From: Planctomycetota bacterium
GTDB lineage: Bacteria > Planctomycetota > Phycisphaerae > UBA1845
DNA length: 64,000 bases
NCBI GenBank assembly: GCA_052034525.1
Contig: JBPOIK010000112.1
Span: 29,874-93,873, forward strand
Reading direction: 5' to 3'
Both the position numbers and the translations under genes were made by a program. Of this stretch, positions 60,336 through 64,000 are shown one piece after another. The first letter of the stretch is position 1; the number at the start of each line of letters is the position of its first letter. The notes below the pieces were generated by a model. The model did no database searches. It was not told the DNA's origin and worked only from the letters and a program-made list of their open reading frames with translations.

Positions 60336-62744
60336 ATGAGTTACAAGACGACGATTGGACTGGCCTTCGCCCTGGTCATCGTGCTCGGCGGCCTGTGGCT
60401 CGCCAGGGGCTACCGGGCGAAACAGGAGGTGGAGTCGAGCAGACTCTCCTCATTCCAGGTCAGGGAGGATCGGGCGGCGCGACCCCTGTTTCCCGAGGCC
60501 ATCGGCGATCCGGTCCGGATTGAGCTGGAGTTGAAGGGCCAGCCGAAATGCGTGTTTGTCCGTCAGCCGGCGGAGGGGGACGAGCCGGCCGGCTGGAGAA
60601 TGATCGAGCCGGCGGAGGCCCCCGCGCAGGACTGGTCGGTCCGCAGCATCGCCACGACCTTCGCGGAACTGAAGTATTCGGTGAAATACGAACCGGGGCA
60701 GGACGGCGCGGTGAAACCGGACGCGGCCGGCCTGGACCCGCCGCGGGCCGTGGTCACCCTGATCGACGAGAAGGACCAGTCGGTTCGGATTCGCGTGGGG
60801 GACGATGCGGATATCACCAGCGCCTATGTGCAGATCGGCGACGCTCCGGAAATCTATCTTGTCAAGACCGCGCTGAAGCACGTGCTGAAGCAGAACGCCC
60901 GCGACTACCGCGACCTGCGCCTGGTGGATTTCGTGCCGGATAAGTGCGTGCGATTGGAGATCGAGCATCATCCGGCGGGCGAGCCGGCGGCGATTTATGC
61001 CCTGGTGAAGCGCGGCACGGGTTGGGAGTTCGAGGCCCCGTTCCACGCCGAGGCGGTGACCGCGAAGGTTCGCAGCGTGCTGGCGGCCGTCGGACGGCTC
61101 AGCGCGATGTCGTGGGCGGAGGCGGAGGGTCAGTCGCCGGCGACGTTCGGCCTGGACGCGCCGGAGTTGATCGTTCGGGCCACCGTGGAGGAGACGGTCG
61201 AGCCGCCCGCCGCGGAGCCGACCACGCAGCCCGCCGCGCCCGAGGTGAAGACGACGGTTCACGAGGTTCGGGTGTCGGCCCTGGGGCCGCTGGACCGGGA
61301 GGATCAGCGTTATGTCCAACTCGCCGGAGATCCGTCCGTGGCGCTCCTGGCCAAGGGCACGGTGGACACGCTGGTTCCGAACGTGGCGGAATGGCGTGAG
61401 ATGGGCGTCACGTCGACGGACGTGATGCGGGCGGAGCGCATCGACCTGACGGTCGACGGGGTGGAAGGTCAGATTCATCGGGAGGCGGCGCTGTGGCGGT
61501 TCGCCGACGGGATGCCGGCGGACGCCAGGGAAGTGACGGGGTTGCTCAACACGGTGCGGGAACTGAAAGCGCAGTCTTTCGTGCCGGCGGCGGACGCGGA
61601 AGCGTCGGCGGCCCTGGACGCGCCGGAAGCGCGAATCGTGTTGACCCTTCCGGGCGACGAGGGCGCCGAAACGATCGAGATTGGCGGATTCGCCGACCCC
61701 CGCACCCAGCGTCTGCGATATGTGCGGGCCGGTTCGGCCAACGAGATCGCCAAGGTCCTCCGAGAGAACGTGGATCCGCTTCTGCGGTCGCCGACGGAGT
61801 ATCACGACCGGCAACTGTTTGATTTCGCGACGAGCCAGCTTGAACGGTTGACGCTGAACCGGACCAATCCGGTGACCGGGCTGCCGACGGAGTGCGTGCT
61901 AGAGCAGAAGGGTGAGGCCTGGCTGATGCTTGAGCCCGTGGAAGGCGACACAGACTCGGCCGCGGTCGACAAACTGACGTCGAGCTTGGCGTCCCTGCGG
62001 GCGGCGGAGGTTCTTCCGGCCGAGACGGATCCGGCCGCCGTGGGGCTGGAATCCCCCGACATCACGATCACGCTGATCCGCCAGCCGCCGGCGATCACGA
62101 AGCTGGTGCAGGTGGAGGCCCAGACGCAACCGGCCGAGGGAGAGGAGTCGCCGCCGGCGTTCCGAACGGAGAGCGTCGTGCCGGAAGAAGAGGAGTACAA
62201 GCTGCTGGTCAGTCGACACGAGGGCAAGGTATATGGCAAGCGGTTTGACGCGCCGGCTGTCTATGTGCTGGACCCGAAGCTGTACGACGCGCTGACGGCC
62301 GAGTTTCGGGCACGCAGTCTGTTTGACTTCGCGACCGGGGCCGTTGGCAAGGTGACCGTGCAAGGCCCGGACGGCGAGGATGGATTCGTCCGGGACGACG
62401 GGTGGAAATACGCGCCGGAGCCGGACATTCCGGTGGACGGTAAGAAAGTCGACAACTACCTGGTGCAGCTTGCCGACCTGAAGGCGGAGCGTTTCGTCGC
62501 GTTCGGCGTGAATCCGGACGAACTCCACGGATACGGCCTGGACAACCCGCAATGGCGCGTGACGGTGCGGGTGGACGATGAGGAGCAGAGCCTGCTCGTT
62601 TCCGCGACCGTCTGCGACAAGGTGCCGGGGCAGTTGCAGTATGCGATGATGGGCGGCGTGGACGAGGTATTCCTGGTGAGTCCGAACACCATTCAGCGGT
62701 TCCGGATCGCCCTGGCCGAGTTCGCCCCGTCCCCGACGCCGTAA
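60336..62744 (+). CDS. DUF4340-repeat protein (802 aa) with N-terminal membrane anchor
   Basis: MSYKTTIGLAFALVIVLGGLWLA anchor. Repeated beta-rich modules, each ending in a ...L-x-x-P-x-V-x-V-motif. The position immediately after GldG is the usual DUF4340 context. Confidence 0.75.
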   Translation: MSYKTTIGLAFALVIVLGGLWLARGYRAKQEVESSRLSSFQVREDRAARPLFPEAIGDPVRIELELKGQPKCVFVRQPAEGDEPAGWRMIEPAEAPAQDWSVRSIATTFAELKYSVKYEPGQDGAVKPDAAGLDPPRAVVTLIDEKDQSVRIRVGDDADITSAYVQIGDAPEIYLVKTALKHVLKQNARDYRDLRLVDFVPDKCVRLEIEHHPAGEPAAIYALVKRGTGWEFEAPFHAEAVTAKVRSVLAAVGRLSAMSWAEAEGQSPATFGLDAPELIVRATVEETVEPPAAEPTTQPAAPEVKTTVHEVRVSALGPLDREDQRYVQLAGDPSVALLAKGTVDTLVPNVAEWREMGVTSTDVMRAERIDLTVDGVEGQIHREAALWRFADGMPADAREVTGLLNTVRELKAQSFVPAADAEASAALDAPEARIVLTLPGDEGAETIEIGGFADPRTQRLRYVRAGSANEIAKVLRENVDPLLRSPTEYHDRQLFDFATSQLERLTLNRTNPVTGLPTECVLEQKGEAWLMLEPVEGDTDSAAVDKLTSSLASLRAAEVLPAETDPAAVGLESPDITITLIRQPPAITKLVQVEAQTQPAEGEESPPAFRTESVVPEEEEYKLLVSRHEGKVYGKRFDAPAVYVLDPKLYDALTAEFRARSLFDFATGAVGKVTVQGPDGEDGFVRDDGWKYAPEPDIPVDGKKVDNYLVQLADLKAERFVAFGVNPDELHGYGLDNPQWRVTVRVDDEEQSLLVSATVCDKVPGQLQYAMMGGVDEVFLVSPNTIQRFRIALAEFAPSPTP

Positions 62745-62785
62745 GACAGCCGCCGCGTGCGGAATCCCTCGAGCCGGGCCTGTCA

Positions 62786-64000
62786 TCAGGGTCCCGGGTT
62801 GAGGGGAATCGGCGCGGGCGGAAGGATGCCTTTCTGCCGGTAGATGGGACGCACGAGCGGCCGCAGCGTGCGAAGGCGGCCGGCAAACAGCAGCCCGCCC
62901 GCCAGGCAGCAGCCTCCGCCGATTCTCAGCGTCCACGGCGTGCCGATGGCGTGCGCCAGCGCGCCGGCCAGCAGATTGCCGAACGGCATCATCCCCACGA
63001 ACGCCATAGTGTACAGGCTCATCACCCGCCCGCGCTTGTCGTCGTCGACGATGGTCTGGAGCACCGTGTTGCAGGACGCGATGTGCAGCATCATTCCCGA
63101 GCCGGTCAGAAACATGCACGGCAAGGCCGTCCACAGCGAACGCGTGAAAGCGACCCCGATCAGCCCCAGTCCGAACACCACGGCGCCCAGCGCCAGAATC
63201 CGCCCCAGACCGAGGACGGACGGACGCGAGGCCAGATACACGGCGCCCAGGATCGCACCGAACCCCGTCGCCGCCAGCAGAAATCCCAGCGCTGTCGGGC
63301 CGCCGTGCAGCACGCGATCCGCAAACGGAGGCATCAGCGTGCTGTAGCACATGCCCATCAGGCTGCACAGAGTCAGCAGGAGCAGGATGTCGCGAATGGG
63401 GGGGAAACCGAACGCATAGGAGAAGCCTTCCACCACTCCCCGGACCAGCGGAATGCCCGTGGGTGGGGAAGGACGCCGCGACAGGCGCATGGCGGCCAGG
63501 GCCACGATGACCGCCAGATAGCTGATCGCGTTCAGGGTGAAACAGAGGGCCTCGCCAACGGCCGCGATGAGCACGCCCGCCAGGGCGGGGCCGAGAAGCT
63601 GGGCCCCGTTGACCAGGAACGAATTGAGGGCGATGGCGTTGCCCAGATCGCTTGAGCGGTCCACCATCTCCACGACGAACGCCTGCCGCGCGGGCATGTC
63701 GAATGCGTTCACGATGCCCAACACCGTTGCGAGCACCAGCACGTGTGCATACGTGATCTGGCCCGTGGCCGTCAGCACCGCCAGAAGCGACGCCTGCACC
63801 AGCGCCACCGCCTGGGTCAGTACGAGGAGGCGGCGAAGGCTCCAGCGGTCGGCCAGTACGCCGGCGAACGGTGCCAGGGTCAAGATGGGGATCTGTCCGA
63901 CGAAGCCCACCGCCCCCAGATGCAGGGTGGAGTGGGTCAACCGGTATACCAGCCAGCTCAGCGTGATCCGCTCCATCCACGTGCCGATCAGCGAAATCCC
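62786..64000 (-). CDS. MFS transporter (EntS/MFS_3-like), N-terminus beyond the window edge
   Basis: Track ORF is 62786..63976, but the frame stays open to the window end (GISLIGTWMERITLSWLVY...). About 12 TM pattern. DRWSLRRLLV loop motif. Confidence 0.85.
   Translation of the reverse strand, partial: GISLIGTWMERITLSWLVYRLTHSTLHLGAVGFVGQIPILTLAPFAGVLADRWSLRRLLVLTQAVALVQASLLAVLTATGQITYAHVLVLATVLGIVNAFDMPARQAFVVEMVDRSSDLGNAIALNSFLVNGAQLLGPALAGVLIAAVGEALCFTLNAISYLAVIVALAAMRLSRRPSPPTGIPLVRGVVEGFSYAFGFPPIRDILLLLTLCSLMGMCYSTLMPPFADRVLHGGPTALGFLLAATGFGAILGAVYLASRPSVLGLGRILALGAVVFGLGLIGVAFTRSLWTALPCMFLTGSGMMLHIASCNTVLQTIVDDDKRGRVMSLYTMAFVGMMPFGNLLAGALAHAIGTPWTLRIGGGCCLAGGLLFAGRLRTLRPLVRPIYRQKGILPPAPIPLNPGP

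Overview
High-GC bacterial chromosomal window (roughly two-thirds G+C by eye, not computed). The gene content looks like the PVC superphylum / Planctomycetota: a DUF1559-type prepilin-like protein, a PEP-CTERM protein, an oversized signal peptidase I, a GldG+DUF4340 ABC module and an RRM RNA-binding protein. This taxonomy is inference only. I support about 50 protein-coding genes. Two run off the window edges and are missing from the ORF track. I found no rRNA, tRNA, CRISPR array or intact mobile element. The track counts ATG, GTG and TTG as starts and always takes the longest ORF. Several starts are therefore moved inward, and many long antisense 'shadow' ORFs are rejected. Gene order: (1) 1-5938, a membrane-anchored GYF-GTPase with a GAP1-N-like partner, divergent from a RING-like/TM/PDZ protein and a zinc-ribbon membrane protein. 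This is the most system-like novelty candidate, but it is cut by the left edge. (2) 5939-6959, about 1 kb with no intact ORF. It holds a decayed HTH ORF with two in-frame TGA codons at Trp-expected positions, a 7 x 33-bp tandem repeat and three GC hairpins. (3) 6960-13921, a putative beta-1,2-glucan utilisation operon (GH1, GH144-like, binding protein, two permeases). (4) 14341-18117, secreted or cell-surface proteins (PEP-CTERM, pseudopilin-like, CBM repeats with a dockerin-like tail). (5) Housekeeping and miscellaneous genes: RRM protein, a low-GC FkbM methyltransferase islet flanked by direct repeats, pcm, cheX-cheY-DUF342, lepB, lptB-galK, sodB, OPT transporter, hom, a sigma54 two-component pair, gpmI, ychF, GH9, panB, gldAFG-like ABC + DUF4340, MFS. 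All family calls rest on motifs I recognise by eye. No database search or computation was run.
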